This document shows positions 9,223 through 19,459 of a stretch of 52,789 bases of DNA, one piece after another. The DNA is from an uncultured Calditrichaceae bacterium. GTDB taxonomy: Bacteria; Calditrichota; Calditrichia; RBG-13-44-9. The position numbers were made by a program, and so were the translations under genes. The notes under the pieces are model-generated. The model was not told where the DNA came from. It did not search any database and was given only the letters and a program-made list of their open reading frames with translations. The stretch spans positions 1 to 52,789 of the forward strand of contig CAZTXJ010000006.1 of assembly GCA_964617285.1 (NCBI GenBank), written 5' to 3'. The stretch's first letter is position 1; each line of letters begins with the position of its first letter.

Positions 9223-11154
9223 ATGGCTAAGAAAGTAATTGGGATCGATTTGGGAACGACGAATTCTGTTGTGGCAGTAATGGAAGGTGGAGAACCTGTC
9301 GTTATTCCAAATTCCGAGGGTGCCAGAACCACGCCTTCAGTTGTCGGATTTACCAAAGCCGGAGAAGTTTTGGTTGGCGCACCGGCTAAACGTCAAATGA
9401 TTACCAATCCGGAAAACACCGTTTATTCCATAAAAAGATTTATGGGCCGTCGGATGGAAGAAGTTCCTGAAGAAACGAAAATGGTTCCGTACAAGGTGAA
9501 AGCCGGAACCCATAACTTGGCAGTAACACATATTCGGGATAAAGAATATACCCCACAGGAAATATCTGCTATGATTTTGCAGAAAATGAAACAGACTGCG
9601 GAAGATTATCTGGGTGAAAAGATAACTGATGCAGTAGTTACCGTTCCGGCATATTTTAATGATAGTCAGAGAAAAGCAACTAAGGAAGCGGGAGAAATTG
9701 CCGGTTTAAATGTGCTAAGAATTATTAATGAGCCGACTGCTGCATCCCTTGCCTATGGGTTGGATAAGAAGAAAAATGAAAAGATCGCCGTGTACGACCT
9801 GGGTGGTGGCACCTTCGATATCTCCATTCTGGAGATTGGCGACGGGGTATTTGAAGTAAAGTCTACCAATGGAGATACTCACCTCGGTGGGGATAATTTT
9901 GATCAGCGTGTGGTGGATTGGATTGCTGAAGAATTTAAGAAAGAGCAGGGTATAGATCTCCGGAAAGATCCAATGGCCTTGCAGCGGTTAAGAGAAGCTG
10001 CGGAGAAAGGGAAGATCGAACTGAGCAGCACCCAGCAAACTGACATTAACTTGCCGTTTATTACCGCAGATGCCAATGGTCCGAAACATTTACAGATGAC
10101 CCTGTCACGTGCGAAATTTGAATCTCTGGTTGAGGATCAACTAACCAGAACGCTTGAACCCTGCAAAATTGCCATGAAAGAATCCGGACTTAAAATTGAT
10201 GAAATTGATGAAGTTATCCTGGTGGGTGGCTCCACCAGAATTCCTAAAGTTCAGGAACTGGTCAAGGATTTCTTCCGCAAGGAACCTCATAAGGGAATAA
10301 ATCCTGATGAAGTGGTCGCGGTCGGTGCGGCAATTCAGGGTGGAGTACTAATCGGAGATGTAAAAGATGTATTGTTGCTGGACATTACCCCGCTTTCTTT
10401 GGGTATCGAGACACTGGGAAATGTTGCTACGCGGCTGATTGAAGCCAATACTACCATACCGACCAGAAAAAGTGAAGTTTTTTCGACTGCAGCGGATAAT
10501 CAGACTTCTGTTGAAATTCATGTGATTCAGGGTGAGCGTGAATTCGCCCGGGATAACCGTACTTTAGGTCGTTTCCACCTGGATGGCATTCCACCTGCAC
10601 CGCGTGGTGTACCCAAAATAGAAGTTACCTTCGATATTGATGCGAATGGGATTCTTAACGTATCCGCCAAGGATATGGCTACCGGAAAAGAGCAGAGCAT
10701 CCGTATTGAAGCGAGTTCCGGTTTGAGCCAAAATGAAATTGATAAAATGAAGAATGATGCTAAGGATCATGCTGCTGAAGATAAGAAGCGCCGGGAAGTG
10801 ATTGATTCTCGGAATGCGGGTGATCAGTTGGTTTATCAAACCGAGAAGAATTTGAAGGATTTTGGCGATAAATTGGATAGTGCCACAAAGAATAAAATTG
10901 AGGCTGCTGTTAGTCGTCTCAAGGAGGCGATTAAGACAGAAAACCTTAATGAAATTAAATCCGCAACGGATGCGCTGAATCAGATCTGGAGCGAAGCATC
11001 TTCTCAGATGTATCAGCAGTCTTCCGGAGCTCAGGGCGCTCAGCCGGGAGCCGAAGCCGCTGATGATTCGCAGAAGACCAAAGATGAGAAAGTCGAGGAA
11101 GCGGATTATGAAGTTGTGGACGATGAAAATAATAAGGATAAAAAGGATAAATAA
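9223..11154 (+). CDS. dnaK: molecular chaperone DnaK (Hsp70)
   Basis: [26 protein letters not shown] and [14 protein letters not shown] Hsp70 signatures. 643 aa. Confidence 0.98.
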   Translation: MAKKVIGIDLGTTNSVVAVMEGGEPVVIPNSEGARTTPSVVGFTKAGEVLVGAPAKRQMITNPENTVYSIKRFMGRRMEEVPEETKMVPYKVKAGTHNLAVTHIRDKEYTPQEISAMILQKMKQTAEDYLGEKITDAVVTVPAYFNDSQRKATKEAGEIAGLNVLRIINEPTAASLAYGLDKKKNEKIAVYDLGGGTFDISILEIGDGVFEVKSTNGDTHLGGDNFDQRVVDWIAEEFKKEQGIDLRKDPMALQRLREAAEKGKIELSSTQQTDINLPFITADANGPKHLQMTLSRAKFESLVEDQLTRTLEPCKIAMKESGLKIDEIDEVILVGGSTRIPKVQELVKDFFRKEPHKGINPDEVVAVGAAIQGGVLIGDVKDVLLLDITPLSLGIETLGNVATRLIEANTTIPTRKSEVFSTAADNQTSVEIHVIQGEREFARDNRTLGRFHLDGIPPAPRGVPKIEVTFDIDANGILNVSAKDMATGKEQSIRIEASSGLSQNEIDKMKNDAKDHAAEDKKRREVIDSRNAGDQLVYQTEKNLKDFGDKLDSATKNKIEAAVSRLKEAIKTENLNEIKSATDALNQIWSEASSQMYQQSSGAQGAQPGAEAADDSQKTKDEKVEEADYEVVDDENNKDKKDK

Positions 11155-11164
11155 TGAAATGTTT

Positions 11165-11207
11165 TTGAGGCCATTAATTTTCGAAAGGAAATGGCCTCAA
11201 CATTTTT
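11165..11207 (+). terminator. rho-independent terminator after dnaK
   Basis: An 11-bp stem TTGAGGCCATT / AATGGCCTCAA followed by CATTTTT. Confidence 0.8.
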
Positions 11208-11271
11208 AAATCAGAATAATAAAAATAATCCATGTTATAATATCCAATTGTGCCAGGAGGTTTAATCAGAT

Positions 11272-11910
11272 ATGGTGGATCATAAAAAAGAGGCAAAGGA
11301 AATACCTATTGAATTCCTCGAAGATGAGGAAAAAGAACCCTCAAAGGAAGACAAGCATCAGGAAGATCTTGATGAAAAATTGACTGATGAATCTTCCAGA
11401 AAAGAAAAAAAATCGGCTGAAGAACATAAAAAGAAAAAAGACGAATATAAAATCAAATACGAAGACTTGAATGATCAATTTATGAGGCTCAGATCTGAAT
11501 TTGCCAATTACAAAAGAAGAGTTGAGCGGGAACAGCTTGAATTCGCCGATTACATAAAAGGGGAATATGTTAAGAAAATATTGCCGGTTCTGGATGATTT
11601 TGAACATATGTTATCCAAATCGAATAAGGAAGGAAATGAGGAGTCGGTCCTGGAAGGCGCCAGAATGATTTTTGGAAAGTTGGAGCAGACGCTGAAGGAA
11701 TTGGGAGTGGAAAGAATCGATGCAGTCGGAGCGGAATTCGATCCACAAATTCACGAAGCACTGATGATGCAGAAAGTATTTGATAAAAAAGAAAATGGTA
11801 AAATCATCAGCGTTTTTCAACATGGTTATAAAATAAAAGACCGGTTGATCCGACCAAGCAAAGTTATTGTTGGTGAATACGAAAAAAGTGAGCCTGAAGA
11901 AAAGAATTAG
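11272..11910 (+). CDS. grpE: nucleotide exchange factor GrpE
   Basis: A charged N-terminus followed by RLRSEFANYKRRVERE and the GrpE core (FDPQIHEALM ... GYKIKDRLIRPSKV). Confidence 0.9.
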   Translation: MVDHKKEAKEIPIEFLEDEEKEPSKEDKHQEDLDEKLTDESSRKEKKSAEEHKKKKDEYKIKYEDLNDQFMRLRSEFANYKRRVEREQLEFADYIKGEYVKKILPVLDDFEHMLSKSNKEGNEESVLEGARMIFGKLEQTLKELGVERIDAVGAEFDPQIHEALMMQKVFDKKENGKIISVFQHGYKIKDRLIRPSKVIVGEYEKSEPEEKN

Positions 11911-11946
11911 GGTATTCTTTTTGGCATAGATATTAATTGCTTAAAT

Positions 11947-11978
11947 AAAAGCAGGTTTCATTCGAAACCTGTTTTTTT
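11947..11978 (+). terminator. rho-independent terminator after grpE
   Basis: CAGGTTTC (11952-11959) pairs with GAAACCTG (11964-11971), followed by TTTTTTT. Confidence 0.8.
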
Positions 11979-12089
11979 ATTAAAATTATATTTATTTGCT
12001 TGATTCCGGCGAATAATTGGATAATCTTTAAGGGTAGAATCTCAAGAAATTTACGACTTAGATCTATTTTTAAGACCTATGAATAAATA

Positions 12090-12118
12090 TTGACTTTTTA
12101 GCGTTCATTAATTAAATT
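12090..12118 (+). promoter_or_regulatory. putative sigma70-type promoter of csrA
   Basis: TTGACT, a 17-nt spacer, then TAAATT, about 30 nt upstream of the csrA ATG. Pattern match only. Confidence 0.3.
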
Positions 12119-12147
12119 TTTAAAAAACAAACGAATGAGGTAATTCT

Positions 12148-12384
12148 ATGCTGGTATTAACAAGGAGGTTGGGCGAGTCAATCAATATTGGCGATAATAT
12201 CAAGATTACCGTCGTCGATATTGATGGCAAGCAAGTGAAAGTTGGCATTGAAGCGCCTCGTGATATTTCGATTTTCAGGGAAGAAGTATACGAAAGGATT
12301 AAACAGGAAAATATACGGGCTTCAGGCACATCCCCGGATGATGTCAAAAAAACCGCCAAGGAATTGAAAAAAGATTCCGAATAG
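12148..12384 (+). CDS. csrA: carbon storage regulator CsrA (RNA-binding translational regulator)
   Basis: [51 protein letters not shown] is a near-textbook CsrA sequence. Confidence 0.95.
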   Translation: MLVLTRRLGESINIGDNIKITVVDIDGKQVKVGIEAPRDISIFREEVYERIKQENIRASGTSPDDVKKTAKELKKDSE

Positions 12385-12629
12385 AATAAAGAATCTTATC
12401 TGCCAATTAAAATCCTCAATATAACCCTTTCTTTTTTTTAATCTATATTTCTTCTTTTCCGTACACCAGTTACTTCTTCTACCAGAGATTTTATTTTGTT
12501 ATTGAAAAATATGAATTAAGGTTCTATTTTTTTAGGATTTTGGGATGAAATAGAAGTATCGATACAAGGACCTTTATTTTTTCATCTTGAACAAAATAAA
12601 CTCTTATTGAAAATTTTTGCGAAAGTTAA

Positions 12630-13247
12630 ATGGTTCGTCTTCATATCCACCTAAAGAATCCGCACACTCGAATTATACACAATGCTGTAGACGTTCTCAC
12701 GGCAGGCGGGCTTATCATTTATCCGACGGATACGGTATATGGGCTGGGTTGTAGTCTGTATAACAAACATGCACTGGAAAAGATTTATTTCATAAAAGGT
12801 AAAAGCAAATTCGATCCGGTAAGCGTTATTGTAAAAGATATCAGGCAGGCCAGTTTATATGCCCGGATATCAAATTATGCATATCATGTGATGCGGCATT
12901 GTTCTCCTGGTCCATACACTTTTATCTTGCCATCCACACGAGAAATTCCCAAAATCATGTTAAGTAAACGAAAGGAAACTGGCATCCGGATTCCGGACAG
13001 CGAAGTTTGCCATGACCTCGTTGAACATTTGGGCCATCCCCTGGTAAGTACTTCGGTAAATATTGATCCGTCAGAAATTCTAAATGATCCGGATGAAATT
13101 GAAAATCGCTATAAAAATCAGGTAGACCTGATGCTGGATGCGGACTGGCTCACCGATGCGCTGGAATCTACCGTGGTCAGCCTGATCAATGACGATCTTC
13201 AGGTACTTCGTAAAGGAAAGGGTGATGTTCAAAAATTATATGAATAG
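12630..13247 (+). CDS. tsaC: L-threonylcarbamoyladenylate synthase (YrdC/Sua5 family)
   Basis: IIYPTDTVYGLGC ... TSVN motifs of the YrdC domain. 205 aa, single domain. Confidence 0.85.
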   Translation: MVRLHIHLKNPHTRIIHNAVDVLTAGGLIIYPTDTVYGLGCSLYNKHALEKIYFIKGKSKFDPVSVIVKDIRQASLYARISNYAYHVMRHCSPGPYTFILPSTREIPKIMLSKRKETGIRIPDSEVCHDLVEHLGHPLVSTSVNIDPSEILNDPDEIENRYKNQVDLMLDADWLTDALESTVVSLINDDLQVLRKGKGDVQKLYE

Positions 13248-13298
13248 TACCTGCATCTAAATACTCTGAGAATGATAAAAAATTAGGAGGAGTGCCCT

Positions 13299-13679
13299 GT
13301 GAAAAAAATCGTGAAAACTGAAAAAGCACCTGCCCCGGTTGGTCCCTATAATCAGGCGATTATATCCGGTAATTTTGTCTTTACTGCAGGACAAATACCG
13401 ATCGATCCTGAGACCGGTAATCTGGAAGCGAATGATATTAAAATTCAAACGAAGCGGGTGATTGAAAATCTCCGGGCGGTATTACAGGCATCTGGTTCGG
13501 ATTTGTCCGAAGTGGTTAAGACTACTGTCTTTTTAAAGGATATGAACGATTTTGCTTTGATGAACGAAGTTTATGCACAATATTTCAGTGATAACTCTCC
13601 GGCAAGATCGGCCGTGGAAGTTGCCCGTTTACCGAAAGACGTGTTAGTAGAGATGGAGTGTATTGCGATTCTTAAATAA
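13299..13679 (+). CDS. ridA: RidA/YjgF family reactive-intermediate deaminase
   Basis: [12 protein letters not shown] ... [23 protein letters not shown] is typical of the YjgF/RidA family. GTG start with a GGAGGAG RBS. Confidence 0.9.
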   Translation: MKKIVKTEKAPAPVGPYNQAIISGNFVFTAGQIPIDPETGNLEANDIKIQTKRVIENLRAVLQASGSDLSEVVKTTVFLKDMNDFALMNEVYAQYFSDNSPARSAVEVARLPKDVLVEMECIAILK

Positions 13680-13744
13680 CGGATTCAAAAGGATTTTCCA
13701 TTTAATTTTGTTCATCAGGATTTTAAACAGCAGGAGGGATTCCT

Positions 13745-14632
13745 GTGCTGAAATATGCCTTAATTCTTAATCCGAATGCGGGGCGGGGGAAAGGGGCGAA
13801 ATTAGCGGATGAAATTGTTGATCTGGCAAAGACGGAGTTAGGAGATGTCACTCTTTTCAAAACTGAATATGTGGGTCACGCCCGAGAGATAGCCAGTAAA
13901 ATTAAAGATGAATTTGATGTTTTAATCGCTGCCGGTGGTGACGGAACAGTCCATGAGATTGTGAACGGCATGATGTTTGGCCGTGCCACTCTGGCAGCTA
14001 TACCAATTGGGAGTGGTAACGATTTTATCAAAATGCTGGACCTGACCAAAGATCCGGCCGAAGCGGTCAATGTTATAAAAAATAATGTTCGGAAGAAAAT
14101 AGATATCGGCCAGGTGAACGAACAATACTTCCCGAATGGTGTAGGAATAGGTTTCGATGCCTGGGTGGTAATCGAAAGTTCCAAAGTGAGACGCCTGCGG
14201 GGATTTTTAATTTATCTCTATTCTGTTTTGAAAACTGTTTTTGCCTATCATAATCAAAATATTCTGTTAACAGTGAATGGCAAAACCGAAGCCAGGGAGA
14301 TTTTTTTAATAGCGGTTGGGAATGGGCGTGCGATGGGCGGTGGCTTCTTTCTGACGCCGAATGCCGAAATTGATGATGGTTTATTTGATATTTGTATTAT
14401 CAGGGCATTGAAGAAACGGGAGGTGTTTCTGAATCTGCCAAAGGCTATCAAAGGTGCGCATATTAGTATAGAACAGGTGCAAATGTTAAGAGCGGATAAG
14501 CTGAAGGTTGTTTCGGAAGAAGGGATTGCCGTACATGCCGATGGTGAACTCCTGGGGGTGGATTTAAAGGAACTGGACATCAAAATTCTTCCGAAAATTT
14601 TAGAAGTTATTTACTGTGAAGCCAAGAACTGA
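13745..14632 (+). CDS. diacylglycerol-kinase-family lipid kinase (YegS/BmrU type)
   Basis: LILNPNAGRGKG ... AAGGDGTVHEIVNG ... PIGSGNDF motifs of the DAGK catalytic domain. GTG start with an AGGAGGG RBS. Confidence 0.85.
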   Translation: MLKYALILNPNAGRGKGAKLADEIVDLAKTELGDVTLFKTEYVGHAREIASKIKDEFDVLIAAGGDGTVHEIVNGMMFGRATLAAIPIGSGNDFIKMLDLTKDPAEAVNVIKNNVRKKIDIGQVNEQYFPNGVGIGFDAWVVIESSKVRRLRGFLIYLYSVLKTVFAYHNQNILLTVNGKTEAREIFLIAVGNGRAMGGGFFLTPNAEIDDGLFDICIIRALKKREVFLNLPKAIKGAHISIEQVQMLRADKLKVVSEEGIAVHADGELLGVDLKELDIKILPKILEVIYCEAKN

Positions 14633-14634
14633 TT

Positions 14635-15141
14635 ATGAAACTGATCCGAAATAAAATTACTTTTAGTTTTATTTTTATATTAGGCTTGTTTACCAGCAAT
14701 ATTCTGTGCCAGCAATATACTTCCCGTGAATTTCACAGCAGCCTCCTGGTGGAGCAAAAAATTGATACTACTTTATTGATGTCGGACCGACCGGTAAAAT
14801 CACCCTGGGGGGCTGTTGCCAGATCGGCAATACTGCCGGGGTTGGGACAAATTTATAATCATCAGTACATCAAGGCAGGGGTGGCTTTTTCCCTGAATGC
14901 ATTCCTGGCCTACCACATCTATTATTACGAAATGAAGTGGAGGGATAAAAAAAATCCGGATTTTCAGGGTAAGCGTAATCTTTACAGCTGGTATTTTGCC
15001 CTGGGGTATTTGCTTACTATGGTGGATGCCTATGTGGATGCCTATCTCTATGACTTCAATGAAGCCATACAAATTGCCCAAAATATTGAACGGAAGAACG
15101 ATCAATGGTTATTCGAATTACGATTTTCCTATCGGTTCTGA
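14635..15141 (+). CDS. DUF5683-like membrane protein
   Basis: Signal/TM N-terminus and the SAILPGLGQIYN motif characteristic of DUF5683. It starts 3 nt after the lipid kinase stop. Confidence 0.6.
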   Translation: MKLIRNKITFSFIFILGLFTSNILCQQYTSREFHSSLLVEQKIDTTLLMSDRPVKSPWGAVARSAILPGLGQIYNHQYIKAGVAFSLNAFLAYHIYYYEMKWRDKKNPDFQGKRNLYSWYFALGYLLTMVDAYVDAYLYDFNEAIQIAQNIERKNDQWLFELRFSYRF

Positions 15142-15515
15142 TTACTTATGCAGTCAGCCAGGATATCCATTCCCAAATGGTTGTGAAAAATTTTCATAAA
15201 TCATTTTTGGAAGAGGAGGACACAACTTATCAAGTAAATTTAACTCGATCCGGTAAACCGGATCGATACTTCGCTCCTGATAAAGCCAAACATTTTCTTG
15301 CAGGTATGATTACCACAATTGTTGTTTATAAGTCCTTTGAAAATCAGCTGAGCCAAAAGGAAAATCGATATTTAGCCGGAGGGGTTACCGTTTCTTTGGG
15401 TGTCCTGAAGGAAATCTATGATAAATCGAAACCGGAAAATCATTTTTCCTGGAAGGATCTTTTGGCAGATGTTTTGGGCATGGGGATAGGATTTGTGTTA
15501 GTAAACCAGCCGTAA
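15105..15515 (+). CDS. YfiM/DUF2279-like putative lipoprotein
   Basis: Signal peptide, then DKAKHFLAG ... SWKDLLADVLGMG, a pattern resembling DUF2279. It overlaps the upstream gene by 37 nt. Confidence 0.45.
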   Translation: MVIRITIFLSVLITYAVSQDIHSQMVVKNFHKSFLEEEDTTYQVNLTRSGKPDRYFAPDKAKHFLAGMITTIVVYKSFENQLSQKENRYLAGGVTVSLGVLKEIYDKSKPENHFSWKDLLADVLGMGIGFVLVNQP

Positions 15516-15531
15516 TTGGTATTGTGATAAA

Positions 15532-16470
15532 CTACCGCAGGGCAGCGGCGAGCAAGGGAATCATGATTTCATGATGTCCGATAAAGTAGTAACCCTTGCC
15601 TTCATTTTGGGTGGGACGCTGCATCACGTTCACTGTTGGCCGGTAATGACGGATCATGTCAAAAACAGCAGTATAGAATCCGAAAACCGGATAGCCCAGA
15701 TTCCGGACAACTGTTAAGGCTTTCAGGAATACTTCGGGAAGGATCACAGCGGACCCTATATTACAGACAATACTGCCTTTCTTAAGTTTGGACAGGCTGT
15801 TACTGAATACCTGAAAATCCAACAATGATTTTTCCCCAAATGCAGCGCCATTAAAATTCGGATGTTGATGAACAATTTCTGTTCCCAAGGCAGGATGCAG
15901 CGTCAGGGGAATGCCTTCGGAAAAGGCAGTGACGAGCAGACTTAAATCTTTATTTTTCGCGTTTTCCCGGACAAGTTTCTCTCCTAAGATTTCACCATAC
16001 CCCCTGTCGTTATTTTTGTTTTCCGTCAGGGATTCGTTGATGAATTCAGCTGTTTCCCTGGCCATACCGAAACTTCCGTCCAGAAGCCCGGAAGCGACGT
16101 CTTCACTGGTTTTACCCCACATGGCAATTTCCACATCATGAATAGCCCCGGCACCATTCATGGCCAGATGTGTTATTTTCTTCTCCTTCATTAGTTCGAT
16201 AATCAAAGGGTTTAGACCGCATTTTATGGTATGGGCACCGATCATCCAGATAATGGTGTTCTGTTCTTCGATGGCTTTCCGGTAGTGTTGAATGAATTCC
16301 TTTAAGTCCTTTCCGACCAGAATTTGCGGAAGTGAGTCCAAAAAATCCTTGATGCTGGATTTTGAAGAAACAGTCTTGGCAAAATCCTGAGGGGTCACTT
16401 TACTTAATCTGTCTTGTATTGAGTATGTTTTTATCTTATGAAAATCTAATTTTTTAAAACGGGATTTCAT
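15532..16470 (-). CDS. deoxyhypusine-synthase-like family protein
   Basis: By eye, GAHTIKCGLNPLIIELMKEKKITHLAMNGAGAIHDVE parallels [36 protein letters not shown] of human DHS, and IPLTLHPALGTEI parallels IPVFSPALTDGSLG. Function in bacteria is unknown. Confidence 0.5.
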   Translation of the reverse strand: MKSRFKKLDFHKIKTYSIQDRLSKVTPQDFAKTVSSKSSIKDFLDSLPQILVGKDLKEFIQHYRKAIEEQNTIIWMIGAHTIKCGLNPLIIELMKEKKITHLAMNGAGAIHDVEIAMWGKTSEDVASGLLDGSFGMARETAEFINESLTENKNNDRGYGEILGEKLVRENAKNKDLSLLVTAFSEGIPLTLHPALGTEIVHQHPNFNGAAFGEKSLLDFQVFSNSLSKLKKGSIVCNIGSAVILPEVFLKALTVVRNLGYPVFGFYTAVFDMIRHYRPTVNVMQRPTQNEGKGYYFIGHHEIMIPLLAAALR

Positions 16471-16615
16471 AAGTGCTCCTGTAGAATATTCCGGGACGTT
16501 GTTGAACTTTTAAAAATATACAATTGTTTTTATCATTTTATTATTATTTTTTGTAATATAAATTGAACCATGAATTGTTGCTTCATTCTCCAAACTACAT
16601 CAGATCCATTTGCAA

Positions 16616-18682
16616 ATGAATAGGGTACTTGAAAAATTTCAGCGCAGTATCAATTCATTTTCGTACCGTGCTTTTCTCAGATTCAGATCTACCGAACACA
16701 CCTTTATGATAATCGTGGCCATTTTCGTCGGCGTACTGGGCGGGTTGGGTGGCGTTGGCATCAAATTTATGATCAAATTATTCAATAAAATATTCTGGGG
16801 AGATTGGAATGCTCCGCTGGAGTATATCATTGGACTTCCCTTTTATGTTAAAATTCTGGCTCCTGCAGTTGGTGGTCTTTTCGTGGGAGCAATCGTTTAT
16901 TTTGTAGCTAAAGAGGCCAAGGGACACGGTGTACCAGAAGTCATGGAAGCTATTGCTTTGCGGAATGGGATTATCCGAACACGGGTGGTAATTGCCAAAC
17001 TATTTGCCTCGGCAATTTGCATCGGCTCCGGCGGTTCCACCGGTCGGGAAGGCCCGGTTATCCAGATCGGTTCATCTTTAGGTTCGATGGTTGGTCAGTT
17101 TTTAAAGGTCAATCCGCAGCGGATGAAAATATTTGTAGCCTGTGGTGCCGCAGCCGGTATTGCCGCTGCGTTTAATGCCCCGGTTGCCGGTGCCCTGTTC
17201 AGCGTGGAAATCATCCTGGGAGATTTTGGCGTGGCCCATTTTACCCCAATCGTTATTGCCTCGGTAATGGCCACTGTTGTTTCGCGACTCTTCCTGGGAG
17301 ACTTCCCTGCTTTTGAAGTACCTAAATATAATCTGGTAAGTCCGATAGAATTAATTCCCTATGCAATTTTGGGGATTCTGGCTGGCCTGGTGGCATTGCT
17401 CTTCATTAATCTACTTTACAAACTTGAAGATTATTTTGACAACCTTAAGATGAATCAGATTACCAAAACGGCTTTGGGTGGTCTCCTTGTCGGACTTATC
17501 GGTGTTTTTGTTCCGTATATTTATGGCGTTGGTTATAATTCAATGAATTTAGCCTTACTCGGTCAGCTTCCCTGGTTTATTATGTTTGCCCTTATATTTG
17601 CTAAACTAATTGCTACCAGTCTGAGTTTAGGATCAGGTGGCTCGGGTGGGATTTTTGCCCCCTCACTTTTTCTGGGCACCATGACCGGTGGATTTTTTGG
17701 TGCCCTGGTTCATCAAATTATTCCTCAATATTCGGCTTCTTCCGGAGCATATTCACTGGTGGGAATGGGGGCGGTTGTGGCCGGGGCGACGCATGCACCC
17801 ATAACGGCGATCTTAATCATCTTTGAACTAACCAACGATTATGCCATTATTTTACCGCTGATGATTTCTTCGATAATTGCTACGGTTCTGACCACCAAGC
17901 TTAAAAAAGAATCCATTTATACTTTAAAATTAATCCGGCGTGGGATCGACCTTTTTCAGGGACGGGAGATCAATATTTTACGATCTTTGAAGGTCTCGGA
18001 AGTAGTAAATAAAAATGCAGTAATTATTAGACCTGACCTTCATTTTAATGAGCTTCTGGAATTGGTAGTAAGCAGGCCGAATACCCAGTTTTTTGTAATT
18101 GATCATCAGAATAGATTTGTTGGATCGATCTCTCTGCAGGATGTGCGGCGGGTGCTTCTGGATCAGGATTATTTAACTGATTTGATTATTGCCCTGGATT
18201 TGGTGAATACTGATATCCCACGACTCAAGTTAGCAGATGATCTGGATAGTGTTATGAAAATTTTTGGTTCATATGATCTTGAGGAATTGCCGGTGGTGGA
18301 TTCCCGTGTGGAAACTAAAATAATTGGTGCGGTTAACCGAAAAGATGTCATTGATATTTATAATCGTGAACTGGTGAAAAGAAATCTGAGTAATGAGCTA
18401 TCCGGATCTGTGCATCTTCTGGAAAGAATGGAGACCATTGATTTTATTGACGACTATGTTATGTCAGAAATTTTGGTTCCGCCATCGTTTACTAATAAAA
18501 GTATTAAAGATATCGACCTGAGGGCGGTTTATGGTGTTCAGGTTCTGATGCTGAAGCGGCAAAATGAAGAGGATGAGATAAATCAAATTATTCCTTCTCC
18601 CAATGAAGTTCTTCAGATAAATGATCGTCTGGTGGTTTTGGGTAAAAATAAAGATATCGAAAAATTAAAGCATCTCGGATAA
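16616..18682 (+). CDS. ClC-family voltage-gated chloride channel/antiporter with C-terminal CBS pair and TrkA-C (RCK_C) domain
   Basis: GSGGSTGREGP, GIFAPSLFLG and GxxxAP selectivity-filter motifs, with more than 10 TM segments. The C-terminal soluble region has a CBS-like pattern and a terminal RLVVLGKNKDIEKL RCK_C-like end. Confidence 0.9.
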   Translation: MNRVLEKFQRSINSFSYRAFLRFRSTEHTFMIIVAIFVGVLGGLGGVGIKFMIKLFNKIFWGDWNAPLEYIIGLPFYVKILAPAVGGLFVGAIVYFVAKEAKGHGVPEVMEAIALRNGIIRTRVVIAKLFASAICIGSGGSTGREGPVIQIGSSLGSMVGQFLKVNPQRMKIFVACGAAAGIAAAFNAPVAGALFSVEIILGDFGVAHFTPIVIASVMATVVSRLFLGDFPAFEVPKYNLVSPIELIPYAILGILAGLVALLFINLLYKLEDYFDNLKMNQITKTALGGLLVGLIGVFVPYIYGVGYNSMNLALLGQLPWFIMFALIFAKLIATSLSLGSGGSGGIFAPSLFLGTMTGGFFGALVHQIIPQYSASSGAYSLVGMGAVVAGATHAPITAILIIFELTNDYAIILPLMISSIIATVLTTKLKKESIYTLKLIRRGIDLFQGREINILRSLKVSEVVNKNAVIIRPDLHFNELLELVVSRPNTQFFVIDHQNRFVGSISLQDVRRVLLDQDYLTDLIIALDLVNTDIPRLKLADDLDSVMKIFGSYDLEELPVVDSRVETKIIGAVNRKDVIDIYNRELVKRNLSNELSGSVHLLERMETIDFIDDYVMSEILVPPSFTNKSIKDIDLRAVYGVQVLMLKRQNEEDEINQIIPSPNEVLQINDRLVVLGKNKDIEKLKHLG

Positions 18683-18688
18683 ACATCT

Positions 18689-19459
18689 GTGCAGAATTTT
18701 ACCTATCGTGATGAGAGCAAGCAAAAGAACATTATTGAAATTATCCATTTGGATGATGCAATTCTTATCGTAAATAAGCCTGCAGGTTTGTTGGTTATCC
18801 CGGATCACTGGAATCCTGATGCACTGAATCTGATTGATCTTTTGCAAAAACAGTTGAAAAAAAATGAGGCATCCAATACTGAATTATTTGTAGTTCACCG
18901 GATCGATAAAGAAACCAGCGGCCTGGTAATGTTCGCCAGAACTTCTGAAGTCCACCGATTCCTGAATGATGAGTTCTTAAATAACAAAATAAAGAAAAGC
19001 TATTTAGCTATTGTTAACGGTGTCCCCTCGGTAAATAAAGGAAAAATTGAAGCCCCAATTCTTTATTCGGGGAAAGGCAAAGTATCAATTCATCCGGATG
19101 GCAAACCCTCTGTTACCGACTTTGTTATTCTGGAAAGATTTAAACAATTTTCACTGCTGGAGGTGCATCCTTTAACCGGACGCACGCATCAGATTCGGAT
19201 ACATCTCAAGTCTATTGGCAATCCATTGGCAATAGATCCTATTTACAGTAACCGATCCGAGTTAAACATCTTCGATATCAAATGGGGTGGCAGGAGAAGA
19301 AAGGAGGAGTATGAAACCAGTATAATGTCCCGCCTGAGCCTTCACGCCTGGAGATTGGCATTTTACCATCCTGATCTGGAAAAAATGGTCCAATTTGAAG
19401 TTGAGCCTCCTAAAGATTTTCGGGCGTTGCTGAATGCACTGAGAAAATGGGATTGTTAA
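18689..19459 (+). CDS. RluA-family pseudouridine synthase
   Basis: VVHRIDKETSGLVMFA catalytic Asp motif and TGRTHQIRIHL motif. GTG start. Confidence 0.9.
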   Translation: MQNFTYRDESKQKNIIEIIHLDDAILIVNKPAGLLVIPDHWNPDALNLIDLLQKQLKKNEASNTELFVVHRIDKETSGLVMFARTSEVHRFLNDEFLNNKIKKSYLAIVNGVPSVNKGKIEAPILYSGKGKVSIHPDGKPSVTDFVILERFKQFSLLEVHPLTGRTHQIRIHLKSIGNPLAIDPIYSNRSELNIFDIKWGGRRRKEEYETSIMSRLSLHAWRLAFYHPDLEKMVQFEVEPPKDFRALLNALRKWDC

